NCBI GenBank assembly: GCA_034669905.1
Contig: JAXMOL010000063.1
Span: 1 to 42,013 of the forward strand
DNA length: 42,013 nt
Reading direction: 5' to 3'
DNA from: Candidatus Hydrogenedentota bacterium
Lineage (GTDB): Bacteria; Hydrogenedentota; Hydrogenedentia; Hydrogenedentales; JAEUWI01
Of this stretch, positions 9,607 through 19,431 are shown piece by piece. The notes under the pieces are model-generated. The model saw only the letters and a list, made by a program, of their open reading frames with translations. It was not told where the DNA came from and searched no databases. The number at the start of each line of letters is the position of its first letter. The stretch's first letter is position 1. The position numbers and the translations under genes were made by a program.

Positions 9607-10293
9607 TTATTTCTCGATGGGAATCAACTTGAAGCTCTTGACGACTTCTTCGTAGACCGGGGCCCACTCTTTGACCTGGTCATAGGTTCCGGCCAGGATG
9701 ACGCCATAGTCGCTCTTGTTGCCGGACGAATGGATGTGCCACCGGTGAATTTCTCCGCCATCGGACTTGTCCACTTCCTTGTACCAGAAAGTGTTGCCCT
9801 CATAGGCATAGCCCTTCTTCTTATCGAAGACGATGGGATCCGTGTAATTCGGATCCGGGGAGCTCATGTCTTTCTTCACCGAGTCCATGTTGGCCTTGAA
9901 GAGGGTGCCCGGATCCACATCAGGCATCCAGACCCAGTTGACGTGGATGCTGAGCGCGCTCTCAAGCCCACCGCCGCCGCCACTACTGCCGGTCGTTTCT
10001 TCGCTCTGGGTCGTGCCCACGTTGATGCCCTTGATACGGGCACCGATCGAAAAGCTCTTTTTCTTTTTCTTCTTGCCGGCCGGGGTCGCCACCGAACCGG
10101 GCTGATAGATCCACGTGGTGGACTTATCTTCACTTTGCAACTCAAACTCCGCCGGAATCTTCAGCGAGTAACCATATTTCTTATTCTCGTAGACCTTCCA
10201 CTCCCGGGCTTCCGCCACCGGAGCAACGACCATGCTGCCTGCGCAGGCCATGGCCAGTGCGAAGCATCCCAATGCCGTTCGTCTTCCCATCAT
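9607..10293 (-). CDS. Exported PsbP-like hypothetical protein
   Basis: Signal peptide ending AEA; WKVYENKKYGYSLKIP start and YEEVVKSFKL end typical of PsbP-related folds; alternative start at 10320. Confidence 0.6.
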   Translation of the reverse strand: MMGRRTALGCFALAMACAGSMVVAPVAEAREWKVYENKKYGYSLKIPAEFELQSEDKSTTWIYQPGSVATPAGKKKKKKSFSIGARIKGINVGTTQSEETTGSSGGGGGLESALSIHVNWVWMPDVDPGTLFKANMDSVKKDMSSPDPNYTDPIVFDKKKGYAYEGNTFWYKEVDKSDGGEIHRWHIHSSGNKSDYGVILAGTYDQVKEWAPVYEEVVKSFKLIPIEK

Positions 10294-10346
10294 ATCCGTA
10301 ATCTCCCTGTTGGTATTCATTTCCCCGGACCCGATGGCCCGACATG

Positions 10347-10378
10347 AAAACTACACCATACAAAGGCGTATGGTGTAG
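10347..10378 (-). terminator. Probable terminator (or operator) downstream of nagB
   Basis: Perfect 11-bp inverted repeat CTACACCATAC/GTATGGTGTAG followed by TTTT on the minus strand. Confidence 0.55.
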
Positions 10379-10426
10379 CGGGTATGTTTAGTAATTATCT
10401 TGGGAAACCGTCGTTTTGTCAAACGA

Positions 10427-11212
10427 TTACCGATAGGGAGCCCATTCGGGTTCATTCTGGAAGATCCAGTCGTAGTAGCCCCGGTTCTCCAGCTTGGCTG
10501 CCGCCGCCTCATCCACGATAACCGTGGCCCGGGGGTGAAGCTGGAGGGCCGACGCGGAGATCATGGAGGTCAGGGGCCCTTCCACGGCCTTGGCGATGAT
10601 ATCGGCCTTGGCCGCACCGGTCACCAGCATGATGCAGCGCTTGGAGTCGAGAATGGTGCCCACACCCATGGTGATGGCCCGCTTCGGCATGTCTTCCGGG
10701 TTATCAAAGAGGGGTGAGTTCTGCGCGATGGTGCCCGGCGTCAGGGCCTTGCACCGTGTGCGGCTGCCCAGGGCCGACAGCGGCTCGTTGAAGCCAATAT
10801 GGCCCGTGCTGCCAATACCCAGCAACTGGAGGTCAATGCCACCATGCTCGGCGATCTTGGCTTCATAGCCCTCACATTCCTTGTCGAGATCCGGCGCCGT
10901 GCCATTGGGCAAAAAGGTATTCGCCAAATCGATATTGATCTTGTTGAACAAGTGGGCGTTCATATAGCTGCGGTAGGAATTGGGATCCTCCGGCGGCAAC
11001 CCGATGTACTCATCCAGATTGAAGGTCGTCCCCTTCGAAAAGTCCAGCCCCGACTCCGCGTGCTTCTGCGCCAGGCGGGCATAGAGCCCTTCCATGGTAC
11101 GGCCCGTGGCCAGCCCCAGGACCAGATCCGGCTTTTCAATCAGCGCATTCGCGATCAGGTCTGCCGTTAACTGGGCCGCATCGTTTTCAGTTGGTCTGAT
11201 GATTACTTCCAT
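10427..11212 (-). CDS. nagB: Glucosamine-6-phosphate deaminase
   Basis: VLGLATG, TFNLDEY, GGIDLQLLGIG..GHIGFNEP, ASALQLH motifs. Confidence 0.95.
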   Translation of the reverse strand: MEVIIRPTENDAAQLTADLIANALIEKPDLVLGLATGRTMEGLYARLAQKHAESGLDFSKGTTFNLDEYIGLPPEDPNSYRSYMNAHLFNKINIDLANTFLPNGTAPDLDKECEGYEAKIAEHGGIDLQLLGIGSTGHIGFNEPLSALGSRTRCKALTPGTIAQNSPLFDNPEDMPKRAITMGVGTILDSKRCIMLVTGAAKADIIAKAVEGPLTSMISASALQLHPRATVIVDEAAAAKLENRGYYDWIFQNEPEWAPYR

Positions 11213-11497
11213 TGAGCTTCCACTTTTTCTTGTCTTCACACACGATTGGGTCCATGAACTAACCACACGTCGAGACGATATGACGCATCCCATCGGACCT
11301 GAATATTCAGAAAGGGGGGACGGACGGCGAAAACCCCTGGGTATCCGACTGACCGGGGGACAACTGGCCCTGAAAAATCGGGTTTTGACCGTCAAAGGCC
11401 TTAAGGATACCCGCTTGGGGCATAGGGGCGCAACCTGAGCGCCCCCAAGAGTGTTACGCTCCAGCCGGGCCGTCGGGACGGGTGGCAGGGTCACAGC

Positions 11498-11526
11498 TTG
11501 CATGGAAGGGGTTTTCGTTCCATAAT
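11498..11526 (+). promoter_or_regulatory. Sigma70-type promoter TTGCAT-17-CATAAT
   Basis: Consensus-like boxes with 17-bp spacing upstream of the TPR gene. Confidence 0.5.
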
Positions 11527-11630
11527 AGAGGGGCGAGTACGTGCGGCAGCAACGGAAACGGGCGAGGTGATATGGTCAGTAAGCGAGCGGTTAGGTCACT
11601 TCGGTGCCCCGATTCCAAGGAGGCCCGGAT

Positions 11631-12470
11631 ATGAAAAGCCACCTCCTCCTCTGGTCCTTTACCCTCTTTGTCGTCATCCTCGCTTCCATCATCTACATCT
11701 CCCGCAACTCCATCGCCCATGCCCCCGTCCTCGCCGACGACCCCGATGCCCTCGTCGCCCGCGCCATTGAACTCCTCGAAGACGACGTCAATATCCTCCA
11801 GCGGGAAACCCAGGCCCTGATTCGGGAGGCCGCCGTCTACGTGGAACGGGGTACGGTCTCCTCGGCCGAAGGGGCCTATCTGCTCGCCCTCCAATACAAG
11901 CGGGAACAGAACTTTCAAGGGGCGGAAGCCCTCTTCAAGCGGGCCATCGCCCTGGACCCCGACTGGAGCTGGCCCTACGCCGACCTCGGTAACCTCTTGG
12001 GAAGACACAGCTTCCAACGCACGGAAGAGGCCATGGAGGTCTTGCGGCGCAGCGTGGAACTCGACCCCACGTGGGGACGGCCCCACAATATCCTGGCGGT
12101 CATCCTCCGGGCCGAAGGCCGCCTCGAAGAGGCCCTGGTGGAGTATGAGAAGGCCCTCACCTACATGCCCGACGACATTTCGCCCCTGAATAACTACGCC
12201 AATCTGCTGGTAGACCTGGAGCGATTCGACGAGGCCGAAACCTATTTCCGTAAGGCCATCGACAGCTTCCCCGAACACCCCAAACCCTACTACAACCTCG
12301 CCTGCCTCTACAGCCTCGAAGGCCGCACCGACGAAGCCCTGAAATACTTACGGGAAGCCTTCCAACGCTCCGACCTGCTCCGACGGGAAGCCGAGAGTGA
12401 TGCCGACTTTGCGCCCCTGCAGGAAAACCCGGCCTTTCAGGCCCTCATCCAGCGCACCCACGTGGAGTGA
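11631..12470 (+). CDS. Membrane-anchored tetratricopeptide repeat protein
   Basis: N-terminal TM helix; several TPRs; YYNLACLYSL...D.DF..L...P.F end-of-group pattern; AGGAGG RBS. Confidence 0.9.
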   Translation: MKSHLLLWSFTLFVVILASIIYISRNSIAHAPVLADDPDALVARAIELLEDDVNILQRETQALIREAAVYVERGTVSSAEGAYLLALQYKREQNFQGAEALFKRAIALDPDWSWPYADLGNLLGRHSFQRTEEAMEVLRRSVELDPTWGRPHNILAVILRAEGRLEEALVEYEKALTYMPDDISPLNNYANLLVDLERFDEAETYFRKAIDSFPEHPKPYYNLACLYSLEGRTDEALKYLREAFQRSDLLRREAESDADFAPLQENPAFQALIQRTHVE

Positions 12471-12478
12471 GAGAAAAG

Positions 12479-12585
12479 GGGGACTGCACCGACGTTATGT
12501 CGATGAAGTAGCCTGGTGAACGTCTTGGCGAAACACTGGCCGGTAGATACGAAAAGAACATGAGCCCGTCGGGGCGGTCCCCCTC
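12479..12585 (+). repeat. Repeat family A, subfamily 2
   Basis: Same termini as 779-884; interior closely matches 13116-13222. Confidence 0.85.
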
Positions 12586-12592
12586 GGGCCAA

Positions 12593-12786
12593 CTATTGAA
12601 CCAGGCAGTGGCTCAAGGCCATGTCGATGCCATGGAAAGTCTCGCGTGATGCTACGAAACAGGTTGGGGTGTCGAGGCAGATGAGGCCCAGGCCATTGCG
12701 TGGTTTGGCATACGAAAGCGGCGAAAGGCGGCTCCGAACGGGCAGGAACGGGCTCACGGGCTCCGAATAGCTGCGTACTCGGCTGA
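12593..12786 (+). pseudogene. Sel1-like repeat protein remnant
   Basis: LLNQAVAQGHVDAMESLA*CYETGWGVEADEAQAIAWF, then a frameshift to KAAKGGSERA; in-frame TGA at 12647. Confidence 0.7.
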
Positions 12787-12789
12787 GAT

Positions 12790-13045
12790 TGCCGTCGCCC
12801 GCTACGCGGGTTCTTCCCCTTGTGCGACCCGGTTCCTGGGGTTACGCTGCGCTCCACCCCAGGCTTTAGGCCGACGTCCGCTTCGCGGACTGCAGGCGGC
12901 CTCGTGGATTGAGGTGCCGACGGTGTGGGACCCGTGGAATATGGTCGTCGCCCGCTACGCGGGCTATTCCTCTTAAGCGAACCTGTTCCTGGGGGTTCCG
13001 CTGCGCTCCACCCCAGGCTTTAGGCCGTCGTCCGCTTCGCGGACT
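12790..13045 (-). repeat. Two direct copies (about 103 bp) of a family B-related REP unit
   Basis: cgtcgcccgctacgcggg...ttcctgggg..cgctgcgctccaccccaggctttaggccg.cgtccgcttcgcggactg at about 12790 and 12942. Confidence 0.85.
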
Positions 13046-13115
13046 GTGCGCGGCCACGTGGCGTGAATTAAGGAGCCAGCGTGGGACCGTTGGGACGCGG
13101 GAAACCCGGAGGCTC

Positions 13116-13222
13116 GGGGACTGCACCGACGTCATGTCGATGAAAGAGGCTGGTGAACGTCTTGGCGAAACACTAGCCGGTAAGTACGAACAGCCTATGA
13201 GCCCGTCGGGGCTGTCCCCCTC
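13116..13222 (+). repeat. Repeat family A, subfamily 2, second copy
   Basis: Closely matches 12479-12585. Confidence 0.85.
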
Positions 13223-13562
13223 CGGCTCACGGACCCAACCAACGAAGAGCTACACCACGAAGAAACGGAGCGCATAGAGCACCCGTTGGTCGCAACCCAA
13301 AAAGTTGAACCACGAATGAACACAAATTCACACGAATTTTACGGCTAGTCGTTGTCTTAGAGAGCCTTCCATAGTCAATTAATTTGGAATCTATCCAACG
13401 AAGATTCACGATTGCAACCTTAATAATAGCAACGTAATACAAACCATTTCGATTCGTTTTCGTGTTCAAATAACAAGCAATTACTGGATAGTAATGCGAA
13501 AGAACGAGACGCAGAATCTCCAGGTAGGAGCCTCATCACATTGCCGACCCCAAACGTCGTAT

Positions 13563-13680
13563 CTTAGCCCGGAACGGGCGACATAGCGCAGCCCAGGGCG
13601 ATGCGAAGCAAGCCCTGGGTTCGTTGGTCGCTTCGCTCGACTCTGGCCCTTAATGAAAGGACGTAGTTTTAGCTCGGGAC
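13563..13680 (+). repeat. Family B-related REP unit
   Basis: gcccggaacgggcgaca...agcccagggc...gccctgggt; similar to 41892-41992. Confidence 0.65.
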
Positions 13681-13915
13681 GCACGCACGAATCGGGAATA
13701 CCGGATCGCGCGGCACGATTGTTGGATTCGGTTCGTTTTGGCGGAGCAGCTCATGATGGATACCCACCAATTGCCCTTGGCCTGGAATTGACCGGTGGCA
13801 GTGAGAAGCGCCTGATCAACGGGTTCCTATCTCCCGGAAACCATTCGTCCCACGGGTCCCAACGGTCTCACACGTCCCACAATGATCGAGGCCTGGGCAT
13901 CGCCCCCGCAGCCCC

Positions 13916-14923
13916 CTACCCCTTCAAGGTCGCGTACTGCTTTTCATAGTAGGCCCGAAACTCGCCGGACTTAATCTTCCGCCACCACGTCTCATTTTCC
14001 TGATACCACCGGACTGTCTCTTCCATGCCTTGCTCCCACGGCATGGCGGGTTGCCAACCGAGGGCCTTGAGCTTGTCGGCGCTGATGGAATAGCGGCGGT
14101 CGTGTCCGGGACGGTCGGGTACCCACTTGATCAGCGACTCATCTTTTCCGGTGAGGGCCAGGATCTTGCGGGTCAGCTCAATATTTTCCCGCTCGTTGCC
14201 CCCGGCCACGTTGTAAACCTCTCCAGGCACGCCATTGCGCAGGGCACAGTCGATACCGGAAGCGTGGTCGTCTACATAGAGCCAATCGCGAACATTGTGT
14301 TCCCCGCCTTTGTAGAGGGGCAGGGGCTCATCGTCGATGGCGTTGGTGGTGAAGAGGGGCAGCACCTTTTCGGGGTACTGATAGGGGCCGTAGGTATTGG
14401 ATCCCCGGGTGATTATGACGGGCAAATCAAAGGTGTGAAAATACGACATACCCACCAACTCGCCCCCGGCCTTGGCGGCACTGTAGGGATTCCGGGGTGT
14501 GAGGGGGCTGGTCTCGGTGAAGCTGCCTTCGGCGATGCTGCCGTAGACTTCATCGGTGGACACAAAGAGCACGCGGGACAGGCCCGTCTCTTTGGCACAT
14601 TCGGCGAGGTTGTAGACGCCATCCACATTGGTGCGGAGAAACTCGGTGGCCCCGGCAATGCTGCGGTCCACGTGGGTCTCCGCCGCGAAGTTCACCACGG
14701 CGTCGCACCCTTCCATGGCCTTCAACATGACCGCACGGTCGGCGATATCGCCCTGGATAAAGGTATGGCGCGTCTCGTCCACGTCCGCAATGTTTTCCAG
14801 ATTGCCCGCATAAGTGAGCTTGTCGAGGTTCACGATGTGGACGTCGGGGTATTGTTTCAACTGCCAGCGAACGAAGGCCGAACCAATAAAGCCGGCACCG
14901 CCGGTTACGAGAATGCGTTTCAT
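13916..14923 (-). CDS. rfbB: dTDP-glucose 4,6-dehydratase
   Basis: GGAGFIGS, DKLTYAGN, AAETHVDRSI, STDEVYG, YSAAK, DRPGHDRRY. Confidence 0.95.
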   Translation of the reverse strand: MKRILVTGGAGFIGSAFVRWQLKQYPDVHIVNLDKLTYAGNLENIADVDETRHTFIQGDIADRAVMLKAMEGCDAVVNFAAETHVDRSIAGATEFLRTNVDGVYNLAECAKETGLSRVLFVSTDEVYGSIAEGSFTETSPLTPRNPYSAAKAGGELVGMSYFHTFDLPVIITRGSNTYGPYQYPEKVLPLFTTNAIDDEPLPLYKGGEHNVRDWLYVDDHASGIDCALRNGVPGEVYNVAGGNERENIELTRKILALTGKDESLIKWVPDRPGHDRRYSISADKLKALGWQPAMPWEQGMEETVRWYQENETWWRKIKSGEFRAYYEKQYATLKG

Positions 14924-15768
14924 GGGGTGGAGTTCCTTCGTTCCATATAGTGGGCCAGGGCATCGCGCCAGGCGGGCATGGTATACCCGGAGGCTTCGGT
15001 CAGTTGGGTCGTATCCAGCACCGAGTAAGCCGGTCGGTCGGCCTTGGTGGGAAATGCATCGCTGCCGCAGGGTTTAATGGGCGTCGTCGACCCGGCCATC
15101 TCAAGGAAGGCCTGGGCAAACTCGAAGCGGCTGCACGAACCCGTATTAACGGCATGGTACACGCCGAAGGCATGGGTCTTCGCCAGCGCCAGGGTCGCCT
15201 CGGCCAAATCGTGGGTATGGGTCGGTGACCCGATTTCGTCGTCCACGACTTTTAATTCGGGACGGGACGCGGCCGCGCCCAGCACTTTTTCGACAAAGTT
15301 GTTGCCGCCCGGTCCATAGAGCCAGGCGGTCCGCAGGATGAAGTGGCGGGGATTGGCCACCATGGTCGCGTGCTCACCGGCCGCCTTGGATTTGCCATAG
15401 ACGCCCAGGGGGGCCAGGGGGTCGGACGGCACATAGGGCGCGCCCTTTTTCCCATCGAAGACATAATCCGTGCTGAAATAGACCACGGGAATATTGTGAT
15501 GGGCGGCGATTTCCGCCACGTTGCGGGCACCGGTTTCGTTGGCGAGGAAGGCCCCCTGAAGATCATCTTCAGCCGCCTCCACGTCGGTGTAGGCCGCCGC
15601 ATTAATAAGCAGGTCGGGACCGAACTCTTCAACGAGGGGTTGGAGGGCCGCCTCATCGGCAATATCGATTTCAGGCCGATCATAGCCCTTCACCTCGCAC
15701 TCCCGATGGAATACCTCCATGAGATCGCGGCCCAGTTGTCCCTTACTTCCGAATATGAGTGTACGCAT
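14920..15768 (-). CDS. rfbD: dTDP-4-dehydrorhamnose reductase
   Basis: GSKGQLG, NAAAYTDV, STDYVFDG, YGKSK, RPAYSVL; ATGA overlap with rfbB. Confidence 0.95.
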   Translation of the reverse strand: MRTLIFGSKGQLGRDLMEVFHRECEVKGYDRPEIDIADEAALQPLVEEFGPDLLINAAAYTDVEAAEDDLQGAFLANETGARNVAEIAAHHNIPVVYFSTDYVFDGKKGAPYVPSDPLAPLGVYGKSKAAGEHATMVANPRHFILRTAWLYGPGGNNFVEKVLGAAASRPELKVVDDEIGSPTHTHDLAEATLALAKTHAFGVYHAVNTGSCSRFEFAQAFLEMAGSTTPIKPCGSDAFPTKADRPAYSVLDTTQLTEASGYTMPAWRDALAHYMERRNSTP

Positions 15769-15899
15769 CAGATCGCCTTTGGTTGGAATGGGACATTGTA
15801 TCAATTGGGCGGCATGGGTGCCAAAACAGCCCCGTCCACCTGATGGTGACAAAATCCTAAAGCTTTGCTACACCCTGCCGATACTTAAAGTACAACGGC

Positions 15900-16070
15900 C
15901 GAAACAAGGATGTTGAGGCGACAGAATGACACGGAAGTCGATTGAACCGCGGGTTACAACAATTGAATGGTTTGAGGCGCACGTCCCAGCAAATCAAACC
16001 CGGTTGTAATCACGCGTACCTCCAAGAGTGGCGCCATGACGAGTCCCATTGTTATGGCGTTTCTTTTTTG
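15900..16070 (+). ncRNA. Candidate small structured RNA, or mRNA of a 27-aa ORF (15926-16009), ending in an intrinsic terminator
   Basis: Nested stems and a terminator, with no annotated plus-strand gene feeding it. Confidence 0.4.
16032..16070 (+). terminator. Intrinsic terminator
   Basis: CGCCATGAC...GTTATGGCG stem followed by TTTCTTTTTT. Confidence 0.8.
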
Positions 16071-16128
16071 TCTGGACGGAATGGTGCATCACTTCGAGCG
16101 TGATGGCGGGTGCCACCCTGGATTCCAC

Positions 16129-16409
16129 GGGTGCCACCCTCAAACGGAGGAGCGAAGCGGGGGAAGTTTGTGGGTGAAGGGACTACACCCGTGCAAGCTC
16201 CACGCAATACCGTTCACGATTTCCTGCGCTGTGAAGTCTGCTGCGATACCACCACTTTCGTTTCTAACGTTCTCTTCGACACCTCTGTCAGCGGCGCTTC
16301 ATGAATCGTCGGTGGATTCGCTGCTATCCATTCCGGAAAACTCCCTCCCCGTGCAGTCTTTTCACCCACAAGCGCTGCGGCGGGGCCGCCCCGCTTGAGG
16401 GTGGCACCC
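16129..16409 (+). repeat. Repeat family C (GGGTGCCACCC...GGGTGGCACCC inverted doublet, REPIN/MITE-like)
   Basis: Terminal inverted arms; homologous to 36640-36824 and 41661-41854; extra GGGTGCCACCC at 16108. Confidence 0.85.
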
Positions 16410-16446
16410 CTGGTTCTGCTTTCTAGCCATACTGCCCGTCGCCCCC

Positions 16447-17166
16447 CTACCGATAGGTCCACATCTCCGGGGAAGGCAAATGGGGCGCGCTGTTAAACCC
16501 ACTGAGCGACACGTGGTCTCCGTGGTACAGATACTCTATCAGGGCGGCATTACGGAGGGTCCAGATGAGCCCCACGGTCTTCTCGGGAAGCAAGCCGAGG
16601 ACCCGGCCCACGGTCACGGCGCCCACGCCACCCGACGTCACCAGCACCACCCGGCTCCCCCGGGGTGAATCGGCGGTGTGCACGCGCATGGCCACTTCCA
16701 CCCGGCTCCCGAACTCCTGCCAGGTTTCGAGGCCGTCTTCGTGGAAGGAGCCCGATGCCCACCGGGCCATGACGGCCTCCATGTAGTGCTGGATGGTGCG
16801 CCGTTTCGCCGTTACATCCGGAGCCTCGTCAAAAGCGGCCTTGAGCGCGGCCAGTTTCGGGTCCGTCTTCGTCAGGGTACTGTTCGCATAGGCCATGATT
16901 CCGTCCCAGTCGAATTCGTCGAGCCGATCATCGAAGACACAGTCCGGCACGGATTTCCCCGCTGCCGCCATGGCTTCCACCAGGGCTTCCGCCGTCTCCC
17001 GCTGGCGCACCCGGGGTCCCACGACCAGCCGGGTGGGCAACAAATCGTGCGCCGCCCAATAGCTTCCCAATGCCTTCGACTGGGTCTTTCCCAAATCGGA
17101 CAGGCGGTCGTAGTCATCGGAAAGGAAGGAGGCCTGGCCGTGGCGCACCACAATCAATTTACTCAT
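16447..17166 (-). CDS. Histidine phosphatase family protein
   Basis: LIVVRHGQAS..DDYDRLS.LG, RQRETA, VTSGG; GGAG RBS. Confidence 0.9.
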   Translation of the reverse strand: MSKLIVVRHGQASFLSDDYDRLSDLGKTQSKALGSYWAAHDLLPTRLVVGPRVRQRETAEALVEAMAAAGKSVPDCVFDDRLDEFDWDGIMAYANSTLTKTDPKLAALKAAFDEAPDVTAKRRTIQHYMEAVMARWASGSFHEDGLETWQEFGSRVEVAMRVHTADSPRGSRVVLVTSGGVGAVTVGRVLGLLPEKTVGLIWTLRNAALIEYLYHGDHVSLSGFNSAPHLPSPEMWTYR

Positions 17167-17304
17167 TTTCGCTACTCCATTGGAGGCACCAGACGGCACC
17201 GTCGTTGACTGCCCCACGTTCCCCCCATTAAGATGACACCGCGAATGTGCCCCGCCCGCGCCCCTGCGTGGCCGGTTAAACCAACGACCCGGGAAGCCTC
17301 CTCC

Positions 17305-18729
17305 ATGCGAAGCGCCTCACTACTCTCCATAATCCCCATGATCCTGCTCTCCTCCGCTGCCCTGGCAGAAGACGATAGCCCAGGCGCGCTGGACCAACTC
17401 CTGGGCAATGTGGGGCCCCTGCTCGAGGCTTCGGAAGCATACCACACCGCGAAAGAGCCCATCGATGCCCCGGAAACGTTGGTCCTCGATCTGGCGCGCT
17501 GTGTGGACCTCGCTATCGCCCAGAATGCCCAGGTGCTCGTGGCCGACACGGAGGTGGCCCTCCGCGAATCCCAGACAGGCCAGGCCCAGGCACGGCGACG
17601 CCCCGAAGTCAAAGCCCAGTGGGCCTACACCTATGTGGATGGCCTCAACCAGGAAATCGGACGGCCAGCGGTGCAACGGCTCATCGGTGTGGACGGCTAC
17701 GCGCCGGATAAGGGCACCATCACCACCGGCCTCACGGTAACCCAGGTGCTCTACGCCGGGGGACAAATCGATGCGGCCATTAAGGCTTCCCAATACCTCG
17801 CCGCCTCCGAAAGCTGGCGCGCCGAAGCGGTCCGTGCGGAAATCGCCTATCAGGCCCGGACGGCCTACCACGACGCCCTACTCGCCCATGCCATCGTCCA
17901 TGTGGCCACCGAGGCCCTGACCGTATTTGAGCGCCACCTGGCCGACACAGAAGCCCTGGAATCGGAAGGGGTCGTCACCCCCTTTGAAGTGCGCCGCGCC
18001 CAGACCGAAGTGGGCGCGCGACGGGCCGACCTCGCTTCGGCAGAGGCCGCCGCACAATTGGCCGACCTCAACATCCGTCGCCTCCTCGCCCTCCCGGACA
18101 ACCAACCCCTTGACTATGAACAGGACCTCCCCCACGCCGTGCCCGAGAAGGATGGGGCGGCGTTGAAAGCCATCGCCCTGGCCCAGCGCCCCGAACTGCG
18201 CGCCCTTTCCGACGCCCTCGCTGCGGGCCACCAACAAGCCCGGGCCGTCAAAGGGAAGTATCTTCCCCAGGCCGCGGCATCCCTCTCCTGGGTAAACGTG
18301 GATAACGGCGGGCAGGTCCTCCCCGATGGCTGGCAACTCAACGTGGGTGCCCAGTGGGACCTCTACCTCGGGGGCCAACGGAAGCACGAACAAGGCGAAG
18401 TGCGGGCACGCATTTCGGGCCTCCAACTCCAACACGCCGACCTGGAACGCCTCGTGGCCCTGGATGTGGAGCAGGCCCTCATCCGCCTCCACGAAGGCAC
18501 CGTCGCCATGAAGACGGGACAAGAAAACGTCGCCCTCGCCGCCGAAAGCGTCCGCCTCGCCAAACTCCGTTACCAGGAAGGGTTCGGCACCCAGACTGAA
18601 ATCATCGACTCTGCCCTCGTGCACACCCAGGCGAAGACCGCCCTCGTCCAGGCCATCCACGATTACTACGTGGCCTACGCCAGCCTCCAGAAAGCCCTGG
18701 GGAGTGATAGGGTGCCCGCAGGCGAATAA
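17305..18729 (+). CDS. TolC-family outer membrane efflux protein
   Basis: Signal peptide; two OEP repeats (ALAQRPEL, YLPQ, LAKLRYQEG, ASLQKALG). Confidence 0.9.
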   Translation: MRSASLLSIIPMILLSSAALAEDDSPGALDQLLGNVGPLLEASEAYHTAKEPIDAPETLVLDLARCVDLAIAQNAQVLVADTEVALRESQTGQAQARRRPEVKAQWAYTYVDGLNQEIGRPAVQRLIGVDGYAPDKGTITTGLTVTQVLYAGGQIDAAIKASQYLAASESWRAEAVRAEIAYQARTAYHDALLAHAIVHVATEALTVFERHLADTEALESEGVVTPFEVRRAQTEVGARRADLASAEAAAQLADLNIRRLLALPDNQPLDYEQDLPHAVPEKDGAALKAIALAQRPELRALSDALAAGHQQARAVKGKYLPQAAASLSWVNVDNGGQVLPDGWQLNVGAQWDLYLGGQRKHEQGEVRARISGLQLQHADLERLVALDVEQALIRLHEGTVAMKTGQENVALAAESVRLAKLRYQEGFGTQTEIIDSALVHTQAKTALVQAIHDYYVAYASLQKALGSDRVPAGE

Positions 18730-18831
18730 TTCGCTACAAGATTGGCCGTGGCTCACCCTTGGAGTCTTGAACGGGACTGGTAGAGTTCAAGACGAGAGAG
18801 CTTCCAGCTCCCCCTTTCTACGATTCGTTTT

Positions 18832-19420
18832 CGTGCCACGCGATCCGGCCCTGCCGGTTCGTGTGCATGGAGCAAGGGCGGCGTAGAATCATCGTAGATG
18901 ACTCCGGGCCAGCGTCCCACTACCCGGTCGCATTGGACGCCTTCCTTCATCGGGCCCCTCAACCTTAAACACGGCCACTCCCTGGAGTGCGTAAGCTTGC
19001 TTACGCTCTTACCAAGCAAGCTTGCTTGCGAACCCACACCGGTCAACGTTACACAATCCGGGAGCAAGCTCCCTCCGTGAAAGCAGCAGCAAGCTGCTGC
19101 ACTCCAAAGATTATTCCCGTGCCACGCGATCCGGCCCTGCCGGTTCGTGTGCGTGGAGCTAGGGCGGCGTAGAATCATCGTAGATGACTCCGGGCCAGCG
19201 TCCCACTACCCCATGGCATTGGACGCCTTCCTTCTTCGGGCCCCTCAACCTTAAACACGGCCACTCCCTGGAGTGCGTAAGCTTGCTTACGCTCTTACCA
19301 AGCAAGCTTGCTTGCGAACCCACACCAGTCAACGTCACACCGTAAAGAACTACGACACCTTACACGTTCCGGGAGCAAGCTCCCTCCGTGAAAGCAGCAG
19401 CGAGCTGCCGCACTCCAAAG
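18832..19420 (+). repeat. Repeat family D: two tandem units (starts 286 bp apart), each containing a TGGAGTGCG...GCACTCCAA REP doublet
   Basis: cgtgccacgcgatccggccctgccggttcgtgtgc at 18832 and 19118; palindromes gcgtaagcttgcttacgc and gcagcagcaagctgctgc. Confidence 0.92.
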
Positions 19421-19431
19421 CGTTTTCCGGA

